Notes: generated by a model not told the origin, from the sequence alone. Counted from the first letter of the stretch, positions 1 to 12,445 are shown. The stretch is DNA of 64,000 nt from a bacterium BMS3Abin14 (GCA_002897695.1 BDTG01000041.1:20101-84100); one strand, 5' to 3'. A program made the numbers and translations.

Positions 1-1033
1 AGTCCGTGGTGAATGAGATCACCAGGAAGGAAGAACGACAGTTGGAGAAGGCATTCTCCAATGAACCATGGTCGGTCACGAGGTCAAAGTAATCCATAGC
101 CCGACTTATATAGAGGTAGGTGTTTGCATCAAAGCGCTGGACGAACTTGTCCCCCTGGTAGTGGAGATAGCTCTCAACCTGAAAATCCTTGGAAAACGAG
201 AAGCTTCGCCCGTTGCCGTTTACAAACCTTCGGCCGAACTTGCGGTTCATGGAGTCCTCGGACAGATAGGTTATGTGTCCTACCATCCTTGCCAGGGCAA
301 GGCCCGTGGATGGGGGTTCATCATTCGGGTATTTTCCGGCCAGAAACTTCGAATCACTGAGAATAGCCTGTCTGCCCACCTCGTTAAAAGCAATCCCCTG
401 GGCCGACATCCTGGCCGTCGTGGCTATGGGCAGGCATCCAGCAACCCGGTCCGGATAACTGATGGCCCATTGGAGCGCCTGCATGCCGCCCATGGAGCCA
501 CCGAGGACCGCCAGAAGACGATCTATGCCCAGGTGGTCCAGAAGCCACCTTTGCACCTCCACCATGTCGGTGATGGTAAAAAAGGGAAAGTCGAGCCCAT
601 AGCTTTGAGACGTATCGGGATTCATGCTGGTTGGCCCGGTTGTGCCGTAACAGCTGCCCAGAAAGTTGCTGCTGATAACGAAGTATCTGTCCGTATCCAA
701 AGGTTTTCCCGGTCCGATAAGAATATCCCACCAGCCGGGCTTTTCACCCTCGTCCGTTCCGTGATAGCCGGCCGCATGGGCATCACCCGACAGGGCGTGG
801 CAGACCAGGACGGCGTTATCCCTTTTTGGTGAAAGCGTTCCATAGGTCTCGTAGGCCACCGTTATGGGAGACAGGGCGCCGCCCGACTCCAGCCGAAGAA
901 CGTGATCGGGGCCGTCAAAAGACACGCTCCGCTGTTTGACCACGCCCACTGACTCCGCCGGCCGGACAGACCCGGAGGGTCCAGCTCCCGCACGGCCGGC
1001 GGGAGCTTCCTGGTGGACTTTTTGCGAGAGCAT
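1..1033 (-). CDS. metX: Homoserine O-acetyltransferase MetX (partial; the 3' end runs off the window start). The start overlaps the metY stop in TGATG.
   Basis: Reverse-strand translation from 1033 reads [91 protein letters not shown], matching the N-terminal signature of MetX/HTA (alpha/beta hydrolase). The + strand ORF 68..832 is its antisense artefact. Confidence 0.85.
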   Translation of the reverse strand, partial: MLSQKVHQEAPAGRAGAGPSGSVRPAESVGVVKQRSVSFDGPDHVLRLESGGALSPITVAYETYGTLSPKRDNAVLVCHALSGDAHAAGYHGTDEGEKPGWWDILIGPGKPLDTDRYFVISSNFLGSCYGTTGPTSMNPDTSQSYGLDFPFFTITDMVEVQRWLLDHLGIDRLLAVLGGSMGGMQALQWAISYPDRVAGCLPIATTARMSAQGIAFNEVGRQAILSDSKFLAGKYPNDEPPSTGLALARMVGHITYLSEDSMNRKFGRRFVNGNGRSFSFSKDFQVESYLHYQGDKFVQRFDANTYLYISRAMDYFDLVTDHGSLENAFSNCRSSFLVISFTTD

Positions 1034-2310
1034 CAGACCTTCTCCAGGGCGCTGTCGATGTCATCAAGGATGTCCCTGATATCCTCCAGCCCCACAGAGA
1101 GCCTGATGAAATCGTCCGTAACCCCGGTGGCAAGCCGCTCATCGGGTGAAAGCTGCTGGTGGGTAGTGGACGCGGGATGGATGACAAGAGACTTGGCATC
1201 ACCGATATTGGCCAGATGAGAAAGAAGGCGGACATTGTCGATAAAGCGAATGCCTGCCTCAATACCACCCTTGATGCCGAAACCGACGATAGCACCGCAA
1301 CCGTTGGGCAGGTATTTTTTGGCCAGGTCGTAGGACGGGTGTCCTGCAAGCTCGGGGTAGTTTACCCAGGATACCTTTTTGTGTTTGCTCAGATGCTCAG
1401 CCACCTTCAGGGCGTTGCAGCTGTGGCGTTCCATCCTCAGAGGCAGGGTCTCGAGCCCCTGCAGGAACAGAAATGAGTTGAATGGGCTCAAAGCCGGGCC
1501 AATGTCCCTTAAGAGCTGAACCCTGAGTTTGATGATGAACGCCAGTTCTCCAAGGGCCTCGCTGTATAGCAGACCATGATAGCTGGGGTCGGGTGTGGTA
1601 AACCCGGGGAATCTTCCCGCAGTCCAGTCGAATCTGCCGGAATCCACTACCACGCCCCCGATGGATGTGCCGTGTCCACCGATGAACTTGGTCGCCGAGT
1701 AGACGATAATGTCGACGCCGTGGTCAAAAGGACGGAAAAGGATGGGGGAAACCGTATTGTCAAGGATTACCGGGACTCCGGCCTCATGGGCCAGTTCAGC
1801 GATAGCCTCGAAATCGGGGACGTCCAGCTTCGGATTTCCAACACTTTCCAGGTAGACCGCCTTCGTTCTCTCATTGATCGCGGTCCGGAAGTTCTCAGGA
1901 TCGGACGGGTCCACGAAATGGACCTTTATCCCCAGCTTTTTAAATGTGTACTTGAAGAGATTATACGTTCCCCCGTACAGGCTGGTGGCCGAGACAATCT
2001 CGTCTCCGCTTTGAGCGATGTTTAAAATAGTCAGGGTGATGGCTGACTGCCCGGAGGCCACTGCCAAAGCCCCGACCCCACCATCAAGAAGGGCCATTCG
2101 CTTCTCGAAAACGTCGGAGGTGGGGTTCATGATCCTGGTGTAGATGTTGCCGAGTTCCTTTAACGCGAAAAGGTCCGACGCGTGCTGCGAGTCGCGGAAG
2201 ACGTAAGAGGTGGTCTGGTAAATGGGAACGGCCCTGGCCAAGGTTGTTTCATCAGGCTCCTGACCGCCGTGAAGCGCTATTGTACCGGTATGATACTGTT
2301 TTTCGGACAT
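1033..2310 (-). CDS. metY: O-acetylhomoserine aminocarboxypropyltransferase (sulfhydrylase), PLP-dependent
   Basis: The 425-aa product is full-length in the Cys/Met-metabolism PLP enzyme family ([10 protein letters not shown] lysine region, GNPKLDVPD). RBS aaaggag upstream. Confidence 0.9.
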   Translation of the reverse strand: MSEKQYHTGTIALHGGQEPDETTLARAVPIYQTTSYVFRDSQHASDLFALKELGNIYTRIMNPTSDVFEKRMALLDGGVGALAVASGQSAITLTILNIAQSGDEIVSATSLYGGTYNLFKYTFKKLGIKVHFVDPSDPENFRTAINERTKAVYLESVGNPKLDVPDFEAIAELAHEAGVPVILDNTVSPILFRPFDHGVDIIVYSATKFIGGHGTSIGGVVVDSGRFDWTAGRFPGFTTPDPSYHGLLYSEALGELAFIIKLRVQLLRDIGPALSPFNSFLFLQGLETLPLRMERHSCNALKVAEHLSKHKKVSWVNYPELAGHPSYDLAKKYLPNGCGAIVGFGIKGGIEAGIRFIDNVRLLSHLANIGDAKSLVIHPASTTHQQLSPDERLATGVTDDFIRLSVGLEDIRDILDDIDSALEKV

Positions 2311-2830
2311 TGTGCTGCTCCTTTCCGCAACCCCACAGAGGAGGTAACACGGGAATAACCGGGAAAAGCATCTCCCGGGATTTATTTCAAATGTGATATG
2401 AAAAAAAGATTAAAACAGAAATGCCCTGACGCCCCGAAGGGAGCTCAGAGCCCGGGCATGCCACATAGGGGAGTTCCTTCATGCGGCATGAAGAAGGATG
2501 GATAACAATGTAAATTCAATCTCAGTTCCATGTTTTTTCGCCACCGGAAACAAGAAATATTTCGCTGCCCGGATAAAATTACCGCCCAGATAAAACTTGA
2601 CCGTAGCAGTTAAGTATTTGACTTTTTAACTCAATCATTTGCCCGTGTCAACTGTTTTTTTGCCCTTGCTTTTTCTGCCATGGTTTTTCTTGACAGTAAA
2701 TCCCTATGCTGGGATAGTTTTTGGTTACTGCGTGATCATGGATAAGGAAAAGGGGATGGAACCGGTCCAGCAGTGCCATTGCGGCGCCTCGGTACTTCGA
2801 TACATGCTTTTGGAACATGGGAATTCTCAT

Positions 2831-4264
2831 ATGTCTTCAAATAACAGCCGTCCCTTGATGACGGTAGTGCTCGCAGCCGGCAAGGGAACGAGGATGAGTT
2901 CATCCATCACCAAGGTACTTCACCTTCTAAGGGGTAAACCCCTCATCCTTCATGCCGTCGGCCAGGCCCGTTCCGTATCATCCGCAGGCATTATTGTGGT
3001 CCTCGGCCACCAGGCCGAGAGGGTGCGTTCCCTCCTCACTGCGGTTGATCCGGGCCTCGAATTTGTTTTGCAGGAACCCCAACTGGGCACCGGGCACGCG
3101 ATGATGCAGTGTATTGGAAGGCTTGAAGGATTTCCCGGCGATGTTCTCGTCCTTTCCGGGGACGTTCCCATGCTGACCCGGAATACCATTGAGCGGCTCC
3201 TTCGGGCTCATCTGGAAACGAAAGCTGTATTGTCGGTTCTCACGTCGTATCCGCCAGATCCTGTGGGGTATGGAAGGATTATTCGGGACAGGGCAGGTTT
3301 TCCCTCCGCCATCAGGGAACAGAAGGATCTGCTTCACGGAGAGGATGAAATCCTGGAGATCAACACCGGCATCTATGTTTTCAACGCTGCTTTTCTCACC
3401 CGTGAGCTTCCCCTCCTTTCCAACAACAACGCACAGGTGGAGTATTATCTCACCGACCTGGTGGAGGCGGCGTACAGGGAAGACAAGCCCGTCGGCATTT
3501 TTTCACTCGACGACCCGCTGGAGGCTCTGGGGATCAATACTCATCCGGAGCTGGCCACAATGGAGGCAGCCATGCGTCAAACCACACTGAAAAAGCTCAT
3601 GGAGTCCGGAGTCAGGATGATCGACCCGTCCACAACGTACGTGGATGACACGGTAACGATGGAAGGTGAGGTTACCCTGTATCCGATGGTCTGTATCTAC
3701 GGCGCCACATCGGTTGAAACCGGCACCGTTATCCATCCCGGATCGGTGATCACCGATTCTAAAATCGGAAAAAACGTGGTAATCCACCCTCATTCGGTTA
3801 TCAGCGAGGCAATAATCGAGGATGACGCGAACGTAGGGCCCTTCGCCCGTCTGCGCCCGGAGGCCAGAATTGGGAGAAATGCAAAAATAGGGAATTTCGT
3901 AGAGGTAAAGAAATCCAGCATCGGCGAAGGAAGCAAGGTGTCCCACCTGACCTATATCGGGGATTCAACCATCGGCAGCAATGCCAACGTAGGGGCGGGT
4001 TCCGTAACGTGCAACTACGACGGTTTCAGCAAACATCACACCATCATCGAGGACGGTGTTTTTGTGGGCAGCGGGACCATGATGGTGGCTCCCGTCACCC
4101 TTGGCAAAAACTCCATGGTTGCTGCGGGATCAACGATTACGAAGGACGTCCCCGCCGATGCCCTCGCACTGGGCAGATCACGTCAGGAAAACAAGGACGG
4201 GTGGACCATTGCCTGGCGACGAAAAATCGCCGAAAGCAAGTCCGACAAAAAGGAGAACTCCTGA
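2831..4264 (+). CDS. glmU: Bifunctional UDP-GlcNAc pyrophosphorylase / GlcN-1-P N-acetyltransferase GlmU. The likely true start is ATG 2831; the track ORF starts at 2639.
   Basis: N-terminal LAAGKGTRM nucleotidyltransferase motif, then a C-terminal left-handed beta-helix of hexapeptide repeats (IGxxxxIG...). The stop overlaps the glmS start. Confidence 0.9.
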   Translation: MSSNNSRPLMTVVLAAGKGTRMSSSITKVLHLLRGKPLILHAVGQARSVSSAGIIVVLGHQAERVRSLLTAVDPGLEFVLQEPQLGTGHAMMQCIGRLEGFPGDVLVLSGDVPMLTRNTIERLLRAHLETKAVLSVLTSYPPDPVGYGRIIRDRAGFPSAIREQKDLLHGEDEILEINTGIYVFNAAFLTRELPLLSNNNAQVEYYLTDLVEAAYREDKPVGIFSLDDPLEALGINTHPELATMEAAMRQTTLKKLMESGVRMIDPSTTYVDDTVTMEGEVTLYPMVCIYGATSVETGTVIHPGSVITDSKIGKNVVIHPHSVISEAIIEDDANVGPFARLRPEARIGRNAKIGNFVEVKKSSIGEGSKVSHLTYIGDSTIGSNANVGAGSVTCNYDGFSKHHTIIEDGVFVGSGTMMVAPVTLGKNSMVAAGSTITKDVPADALALGRSRQENKDGWTIAWRRKIAESKSDKKENS

Positions 4265-6093
4265 TGTGCGGAATTGTCGGTTACATTGGTCCGAGAAACG
4301 CCGCCGAGATTCTTCTGGACGGCCTCACGCGCCTCGAATACCGGGGGTACGACTCCTCCGGGATCGCTGTCCTGAATGAGGGCGTCCTGGGGCTTCGCCG
4401 CAGTGTGGGGAAAATAGGGGAACTGAAAAAAGCCCTGGACGACGATCCGGTGAAGGGGTCCATAGGTGTAGGTCACACACGTTGGGCAACCCACGGCAAA
4501 CCGAGCGAGGAAAATGCCCATCCCCACCGCGACTGCTCCGGCAAGCTCGTGGTGGTCCATAACGGGATTATCGAGAATTTCCGCGCCCTTCGGGAGGGAC
4601 TGCTCCATCGTGGGCACACGGTAGCCTCCGAAACCGACACCGAGATCATAGCCCACCTTATCGAAGAGAACTACGATGGGGACCTCCAGGAAGCAGTCCG
4701 CCGCTCACTGGAACTGATCAAGGGTGTCTACGCCCTGGTGGTTCTCCACGCCGACAAACCGGACCGGCTTGTAATCGCCCGCAACGGACCGCCCCTGGTT
4801 GTAGGTTTCGGTTCAGGTGAGATGTTCGTGGCGTCGGACATCCCTGCCGCCCTGCACCATACACGCCGATTCGTCTTCATCGACGACGGCGACATAGGGA
4901 CATTGACCTCCACGTCCCTTGACCTGTACACCGATCAGGGCCGGAAGGCGGACCCCGATCCCATCACCATTACCTGGGACCCCATCATGGCCGAAAAAGG
5001 GGGGTACAGACATTTCATGCTGAAGGAGATCAACGAGCAGCCTCAGGCTATTGCCGATACCATCAGAGGACGTTTTTTCGACGATGGGGATGGACCCCAG
5101 CTGGACGATCTGGACCTTTCTGAAACCTTCATCAAGGGAATCGACAGGTGCGTAATACTGGCCTGTGGGACATCATGGCACGCCGGTCTGGTGGGTCAGT
5201 TCCTCATCGAGAAGCTGGCCGGAATCCCCACCAAGGTGGATTACGGCTCCGAGTTCCGCTATCGTGATCCAATTGTCGGGGAAAACACGCTGGCCATTGC
5301 TATTACACAATCGGGGGAAACTGCCGATACCCTGGCCGCCACTCGCGAGTGCCGTGACAAGGGCGCTACGATCCTCTCCATCTGCAACGTGGTAGGAAGC
5401 ATGATCACGAGGGAATCCGACGGAGTTATCTACACCCATGCCGGGCCTGAGATCGGGGTGGCATCCACCAAGGCTTTTACAACCCAACTGGCCTGTCTCG
5501 TCCTGCTCGCCACGTACCTGGGCAGACGCAGAAAGGTAATGGATCGGGAACAGTCACAGCTAATAATGGATCAACTCGCGGCACTTCCCGGACAGATGGA
5601 ACAGATCCTCGATCAGGTGAAAAAGATTGAAGACATTGCAGAGAAATTCTACAGGTATTCCAATTTCCTGTACCTGGGAAGGGGCCTTCACTACCCCATA
5701 GCCCTGGAAGGAGCTCTGAAGCTCAAGGAGATCAGCTACATTCACGCTGAGGGATATCCCGCGGGAGAGATGAAACACGGCCCAATTGCCCTTATTGACG
5801 AGAACATGCCGGTGGTTTTTCTGGCTCCCAGGGACAGCGTCTACGAGAAGATCCTCGGCAACCTCGAGGAGGTCAAGGCCAGGGGCGGGATCGTCATCGC
5901 GGTTGCCGACCATGATGATAAGGCCCTGCTGGACACGGCGGATCATCTCATCACCCTTCCCCGCACAAATCCCATCCTGACCCCGATCCTGTCAACCGTG
6001 CCACTGCAGCTTTTCGCCTACCATGTCGCAGTCCTCAGGGGAACGGACGTGGACCAGCCCAGAAACCTCGCAAAGAGCGTAACCGTGGAGTAG
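4264..6093 (+). CDS. glmS: Glutamine--fructose-6-phosphate aminotransferase GlmS. The start is ATG 4264; the track ORF is extended to 4009.
   Basis: N-terminal MCGIVGY Ntn-amidotransferase nucleophile, two SIS domains and a C-terminal ...KSVTVE. TGATG overlap with the glmU stop. Confidence 0.95.
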   Translation: MCGIVGYIGPRNAAEILLDGLTRLEYRGYDSSGIAVLNEGVLGLRRSVGKIGELKKALDDDPVKGSIGVGHTRWATHGKPSEENAHPHRDCSGKLVVVHNGIIENFRALREGLLHRGHTVASETDTEIIAHLIEENYDGDLQEAVRRSLELIKGVYALVVLHADKPDRLVIARNGPPLVVGFGSGEMFVASDIPAALHHTRRFVFIDDGDIGTLTSTSLDLYTDQGRKADPDPITITWDPIMAEKGGYRHFMLKEINEQPQAIADTIRGRFFDDGDGPQLDDLDLSETFIKGIDRCVILACGTSWHAGLVGQFLIEKLAGIPTKVDYGSEFRYRDPIVGENTLAIAITQSGETADTLAATRECRDKGATILSICNVVGSMITRESDGVIYTHAGPEIGVASTKAFTTQLACLVLLATYLGRRRKVMDREQSQLIMDQLAALPGQMEQILDQVKKIEDIAEKFYRYSNFLYLGRGLHYPIALEGALKLKEISYIHAEGYPAGEMKHGPIALIDENMPVVFLAPRDSVYEKILGNLEEVKARGGIVIAVADHDDKALLDTADHLITLPRTNPILTPILSTVPLQLFAYHVAVLRGTDVDQPRNLAKSVTVE

Positions 6094-6166
6094 CGTCGGA
6101 ACTTCACCATGCGCAACTTTACTGGAAGGGACATTATGACATCCTGCAACAGGGCGATTTTCAGAT

Positions 6167-8416
<2,250 letters not shown>

Positions 8417-8483
8417 AAAGCCTGTCCAGATCTGTTTCAGACTCGGGAAAACATCCCTTCGAAGCTTTCATGCCGGCGGCAGC

Positions 8484-9899
8484 CTACGGGGCGGACGGGT
8501 TAAAGATCTCCATGGACGTGTCACCGGGGTTTCCCCCGATGATGAGAACCCTCCCGTCGGAAAGAAGTGTGGCGGTATGACCACTCCGCGGTATCCTCAT
8601 CATCCATGGCACCTCCCGGGAGGTGTGGGTAACCGGGTCGAAGATCTCTGCGGATCTGGCAATATCAACGGTTACTCCTCCACCAGTGATAAGAATTTTC
8701 CCATCTAGTAATTCGGTTGCAGTATGAAATATCCTAGGTTTTTTTAAAACGCCCAAAAATGAATTGCTTATATTCTTACTTAGGTCAAAGATTTCCACGT
8801 CTTGCAACTTTCCAGAATTTCCAATTCCGCCTGCGATAAATATCCTACCATCCGAAAGTTTTGTTACTGAAAAATCTTTTTTTGGCTGACTCAAGTTTAT
8901 CAAGCCTTTATCAACTTCTAATTGCAAATCGAATGTTTCAACCTCATCGGTATAATTAATGGCGATCATGCCACCTAAACATGCCAAATTATCCACCGAG
9001 GCCGAACATTGAACATCTTTCTTCTCATTCATAATGCCCATATCGGGAGCAATTCCCTCGCTAAGTAGATTTATGTCTATTTTTGTTGTGTTTATTATCC
9101 AATTTGAATTTTCGTCATACCCACCAAGCAAATAGATCTGCTGGCCATAGATGGCGGGGAAAAATTCCGTCCGGGTGTTGTAGAGAAAGTGAGGCGCGCA
9201 TTGTTCATTCGCAACATCAATGGCTTCGTATTCGTTATCCAGCGTGCCAGTCCCTCCCAAAAACACAAAAACCCGGCCGGAAATAGGGTCATAAAGGGCC
9301 TTCTGCCGGGTTCTGTAATCGTTGAGTGAACACCCGAATGCGGCGGTGGTCGTCCCCTGGTTCGAATAGATAACCCTCTCGATGCTTTTTGTGCCGAGGG
9401 AGCCGCCCAGGACAAGGACTTCATCGTTGCCTATAGCCACGGCCGAGTGGTACATCCTCGGCCAGGTGAGTGATCCGGCGTAATCGAACCCTCCGGATAT
9501 GCTCAACTGCACGTCATGACTGCTTGTCGCACCGGCCGGGATGGATACGGCCTGCTGTGTCTTCTCCATGATGACCACTCCGCCGGTAATGGCCTGTACC
9601 GTGAGGTCGCATCCACCTTTAAGGTCCAGTGTGCCCAGGCTCAGGCTGCTGTCACTGCCCGGTGAGTCCCAGAACGGCGGGGAAGCTTCCCCGCAATCAA
9701 CAATGGCCCGGATGGTGTCTATGTAGGCAGTGCCGGCGGAGGCGTCAAGCATCGAAATATTCAATAAATTTTCCCAGTTTTGAGGAAATCTGACATGCAA
9801 GGATAACTTCCCGGTCGGGTCCTCCCCACCACACCCCGATGCGGCAATGAGTATTGCTGCCGCCGCGAACCCAAGCAGCGGCCGAAGGAAAATCTTCAC
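8484..9899 (-). CDS. Kelch-repeat beta-propeller lipoprotein. The likely GTG start at 9899 overlaps the stop of the upstream gene in GTGA.
   Basis: N-terminus VKIFLRPLLGFAAAAILIAASGCGG is a lipoprotein signal with an LAASGC lipobox. Multiple Kelch blades with GG doublets (LGGYDE, IAGGIGN, ITGGG, IIGGNPG). Contains an AT-rich patch; see findings. Confidence 0.7.
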   Translation of the reverse strand: MKIFLRPLLGFAAAAILIAASGCGGEDPTGKLSLHVRFPQNWENLLNISMLDASAGTAYIDTIRAIVDCGEASPPFWDSPGSDSSLSLGTLDLKGGCDLTVQAITGGVVIMEKTQQAVSIPAGATSSHDVQLSISGGFDYAGSLTWPRMYHSAVAIGNDEVLVLGGSLGTKSIERVIYSNQGTTTAAFGCSLNDYRTRQKALYDPISGRVFVFLGGTGTLDNEYEAIDVANEQCAPHFLYNTRTEFFPAIYGQQIYLLGGYDENSNWIINTTKIDINLLSEGIAPDMGIMNEKKDVQCSASVDNLACLGGMIAINYTDEVETFDLQLEVDKGLINLSQPKKDFSVTKLSDGRIFIAGGIGNSGKLQDVEIFDLSKNISNSFLGVLKKPRIFHTATELLDGKILITGGGVTVDIARSAEIFDPVTHTSREVPWMMRIPRSGHTATLLSDGRVLIIGGNPGDTSMEIFNPSAP

Positions 9900-11191
9900 C
9901 AGGTTACCTCCACCTGGGTTCCGCCCCCGCCGCTGCCCGCAGAACCGGCTACCACAGCCAGCAGGACAGCTCCACCCAAAAGGAGATACCACCTGATGTG
10001 GCCGGGCGCCACGGACTCCTCCGATAGCTCTTCACCCAGGCCTCCGGCTTCAGGTACGTTGAGAAAATAGCCGGGGTTGGCGGTTATCTCGCTGTCGTTG
10101 TCCCATTCCAATGGTTCGAGCATGGAAAGCAACCTGCCCGGCTCGGCTGGAGGCTGTTTGCCCCGGATCGTGAGGATCCCCTGGGAGACCGGAGCGCCCT
10201 CGCTGTCAATCAGGGTCACCTTTAATTCATCCTCGTCTATCCATCCGAGAACTACATAGTCAACTCCAAGTTTCAGCGCCAGATGAGCGAGTGATCTGTT
10301 ATCGCCCGACATCACACGGTCAGCGAAGAATTTTTCCGGTGGAGCGGTGGGCCCTGCGGGTGAAAGGTGGAACCTGACCTTCATCGTCTGCCACTTTTCG
10401 AGGATAATCCTCTGCCGATCCGCCTCGTATCCTGGCCTTTGTATCTCTATGAAGTGCGGGCCGGGGGCAAAATCCAGACCCTGTATGGGTGCATTACCCA
10501 TTTCCCGGCCGTCAATGATAACCAGAGAGGCCGGGGGGTCTCCCTCGATGGAAATCGTCGAGCGTGGGCCTGAAATAACACGCCCGCGGGCTATTTCAAA
10601 TCGTTGGATAATTTCGGGGGAATACCGATCCCGGGTTAATTTGGCATCGGGCCTGATAGCGGCGGCGGCGATAAAGGCATCGTCAAAATGATCGTCTCCC
10701 AACGCCCTTTTATCCATTCCCTCCAGAAGCAGGCTTTTAAAGAGAGCGTCTGCCTGAAGGGCCGAGTCGGGAAGGGCAGAGATGATGGTGGTGACTTTTC
10801 CCAGCAGGTTCAGTGAACCGTTAAAATCAAAACGGTAATAGGCTGCCCAGGCATCGTCCAGAACTTCCCGAGCCCTGCCCCTCAGGCCGAGGGCGGCCGC
10901 CCGAGTGGACTCCTCAAGGGCGCTCGTTTCTTCCAGCCAGTCCAGGAGGATCTTCTCCGTGGCATTCTCATCCTTCACCAGGAGCAAGGGATCCGCGTTC
11001 ACCTTGTCCAATTCCCCTGTCCATACTGTCTGGATATCGGCAGGAAGGGGGGCCGGGGGGCCGATGATTGCGATGGTGGAAACTCCGCCGGCTGCGAGCA
11101 GGGGGGAGGCCTGAACCAGCAGAAAAACAGGCACGAGCGCCATAGCGACTATTTTAGTGAATAACCGGAGGTCCCTCATCCCCATTCTCAC
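9896..11191 (-). CDS. Exported PEGA-domain protein with C-terminal membrane anchor
   Basis: Signal-peptide-like N-terminus, a PEGA-like segment (LVIIDGREMGNAPIQGLDFAPGPHFIEIQRPGYE) and a C-terminal hydrophobic helix followed by a Gly-rich tail. Start uncertain: 11191 or an internal Met near 11143. Confidence 0.55.
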   Translation of the reverse strand: MRMGMRDLRLFTKIVAMALVPVFLLVQASPLLAAGGVSTIAIIGPPAPLPADIQTVWTGELDKVNADPLLLVKDENATEKILLDWLEETSALEESTRAAALGLRGRAREVLDDAWAAYYRFDFNGSLNLLGKVTTIISALPDSALQADALFKSLLLEGMDKRALGDDHFDDAFIAAAAIRPDAKLTRDRYSPEIIQRFEIARGRVISGPRSTISIEGDPPASLVIIDGREMGNAPIQGLDFAPGPHFIEIQRPGYEADRQRIILEKWQTMKVRFHLSPAGPTAPPEKFFADRVMSGDNRSLAHLALKLGVDYVVLGWIDEDELKVTLIDSEGAPVSQGILTIRGKQPPAEPGRLLSMLEPLEWDNDSEITANPGYFLNVPEAGGLGEELSEESVAPGHIRWYLLLGGAVLLAVVAGSAGSGGGGTQVEVTW

Positions 11192-12149
11192 CCTCTGAAA
11201 ACTCCGCTTGATTCCTGTCGTATTCCTCGTCGTCCCAGCGACTGAGAGTTCTGTAATCCCTGACTCTCCTGCCCACGTAGGAATAGAGAAACAACAGGGT
11301 TATCAGTCCCCATACCGAGGCCGTACTGGTAATGACCGGCACCCACATCGACTTGACTCTGGCGTACTGCTTAAAACCGTTCAGCAATCCGACAAAGGAT
11401 ATGTCATACGCGCCGTTGACTGCCTGGGCCATATTGCCCTTCTCCAGAAACGAGGTGACAAGCCTGGCCACAGCGTTATTCCCGTATCTTCGCATGAGGT
11501 ATTGAACAAAAAGGTAGCTTTGAGCATAAGCGACCTCGGCGCGCGAGGGGTCCTCCGGAAAGTTGACGCTTATGGCCTCAAACGGGATTGTGCTCCCGGT
11601 CACCTCAGCCCAGGAAAGGTGAAGGAGACGGGGGATCCCCATTTCTCCCGAAATGAAGGTCGCAACACCCTCGGAAAGCCACCTCGGAAACCGGACATCC
11701 CATCGGTTTTCCGCCTCACCCATGACGAGATGCACAATCTCGTGTTCAAGCAGTGACCAGTACTGCGTCCCCGATTCCCCGAGTGCGCCGGGAGTCATTA
11801 AAATAACTACCCCATAGCGAGGATAGGTAAGGGCCCCCGCCCATTCGGGAGCCGAGGAAGCAGCCGGTTGGAGCGAAACAAACTCTTCCTTGCTGCCTGC
11901 GATAAATATTTTATACGGCCCCCCCACCGGAAGCCCAAGCAAGTTCGAAACCTCATTCAGAAACTGGGAGGCTTTCATCAGGACATCCTCAGCCAGATCA
12001 CTCGATTGGCCGCGATATTTGACCTCAATGGTGGGACCTGACAATACTTTCCAGGTTTCGTCATGCGGGGGTTCAGCGGGAACAGCCTGCGCGTTCAGCA
12101 GAAAAACGGCCGCAAGTACCACAAGAATGAGCGGAGTGCGAATTTTCAA
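11154..12149 (-). CDS. Zincin-like (HExxH) exported protein with C-terminal TM anchor, putative metallopeptidase. TTG start overlaps the yggU stop.
   Basis: Signal peptide MKIRTPLILVVLAAVFLLNAQA. HEIVHLVMGEAENRW...WLSEG fits a zincin HExxH+E arrangement. C-terminal TM helix and an acidic cytoplasmic tail. Confidence 0.55.
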   Translation of the reverse strand: MKIRTPLILVVLAAVFLLNAQAVPAEPPHDETWKVLSGPTIEVKYRGQSSDLAEDVLMKASQFLNEVSNLLGLPVGGPYKIFIAGSKEEFVSLQPAASSAPEWAGALTYPRYGVVILMTPGALGESGTQYWSLLEHEIVHLVMGEAENRWDVRFPRWLSEGVATFISGEMGIPRLLHLSWAEVTGSTIPFEAISVNFPEDPSRAEVAYAQSYLFVQYLMRRYGNNAVARLVTSFLEKGNMAQAVNGAYDISFVGLLNGFKQYARVKSMWVPVITSTASVWGLITLLFLYSYVGRRVRDYRTLSRWDDEEYDRNQAEFSEGENGDEGPPVIH

Positions 12150-12445
12150 TGGAGTTTCTCGACGACATCGTCCGCGGCCAATCCGTTCACCTCAAGGACC
12201 TTGTTTCGTGATTTTTCACCCGATACGATTCTAACCCTGCCTCTTGCGATTTTAAGCGTTCTTGATACCAGTTTTACCAGAGATGCATTCGCCGCGCCCT
12301 CAACCGGGGGCGAGGTCAATCTCACAACGAGAATGCCGTCCTCCCATCCTTCAATGGCCTCCCGGGAGGATCTTGGCTTCACTCGAACGTGGATCCGGGC
12401 AGTGACCGGACCGTTTTCTTTTGCAGGTCGCCGACTCATGGACAA
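12146..12445 (-). CDS. yggU: DUF167/YggU family protein
   Basis: 99-aa product with a YggU-like pattern (VKPRSSREAIEGWEDGILVVRLTSPPVEGAANASLVKLV). Lies downstream of yggT-divIVA as in other genomes. Confidence 0.7.
   Translation of the reverse strand: MSMSRRPAKENGPVTARIHVRVKPRSSREAIEGWEDGILVVRLTSPPVEGAANASLVKLVSRTLKIARGRVRIVSGEKSRNKVLEVNGLAADDVVEKLH

Noticed and set aside
68-832. 254-aa + strand ORF (and nested ORFs 124-458, 384-843)
   Set aside because: Antisense of metX, which reads cleanly on the minus strand from 1033. High-GC antisense frames often stay open.
2311-2640. SAM-I riboswitch upstream of metY
   Set aside because: No GGUGGAGGGA / GCCCGAUGA / GUGCCAAUUCC-type conserved blocks found. 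Kept only as an uncharacterised attenuator candidate.
5560-5980. 128-aa and 64-aa ORFs inside glmS
   Set aside because: Overlap a gene with unambiguous homology on the other frame or strand. No RBS and no domain.
8690-9130. AT-rich patch as a separate inserted gene or mobile element
   Set aside because: It is in-frame and continues the Kelch repeats on both sides. There are no terminal repeats, no integrase and no stop codons.
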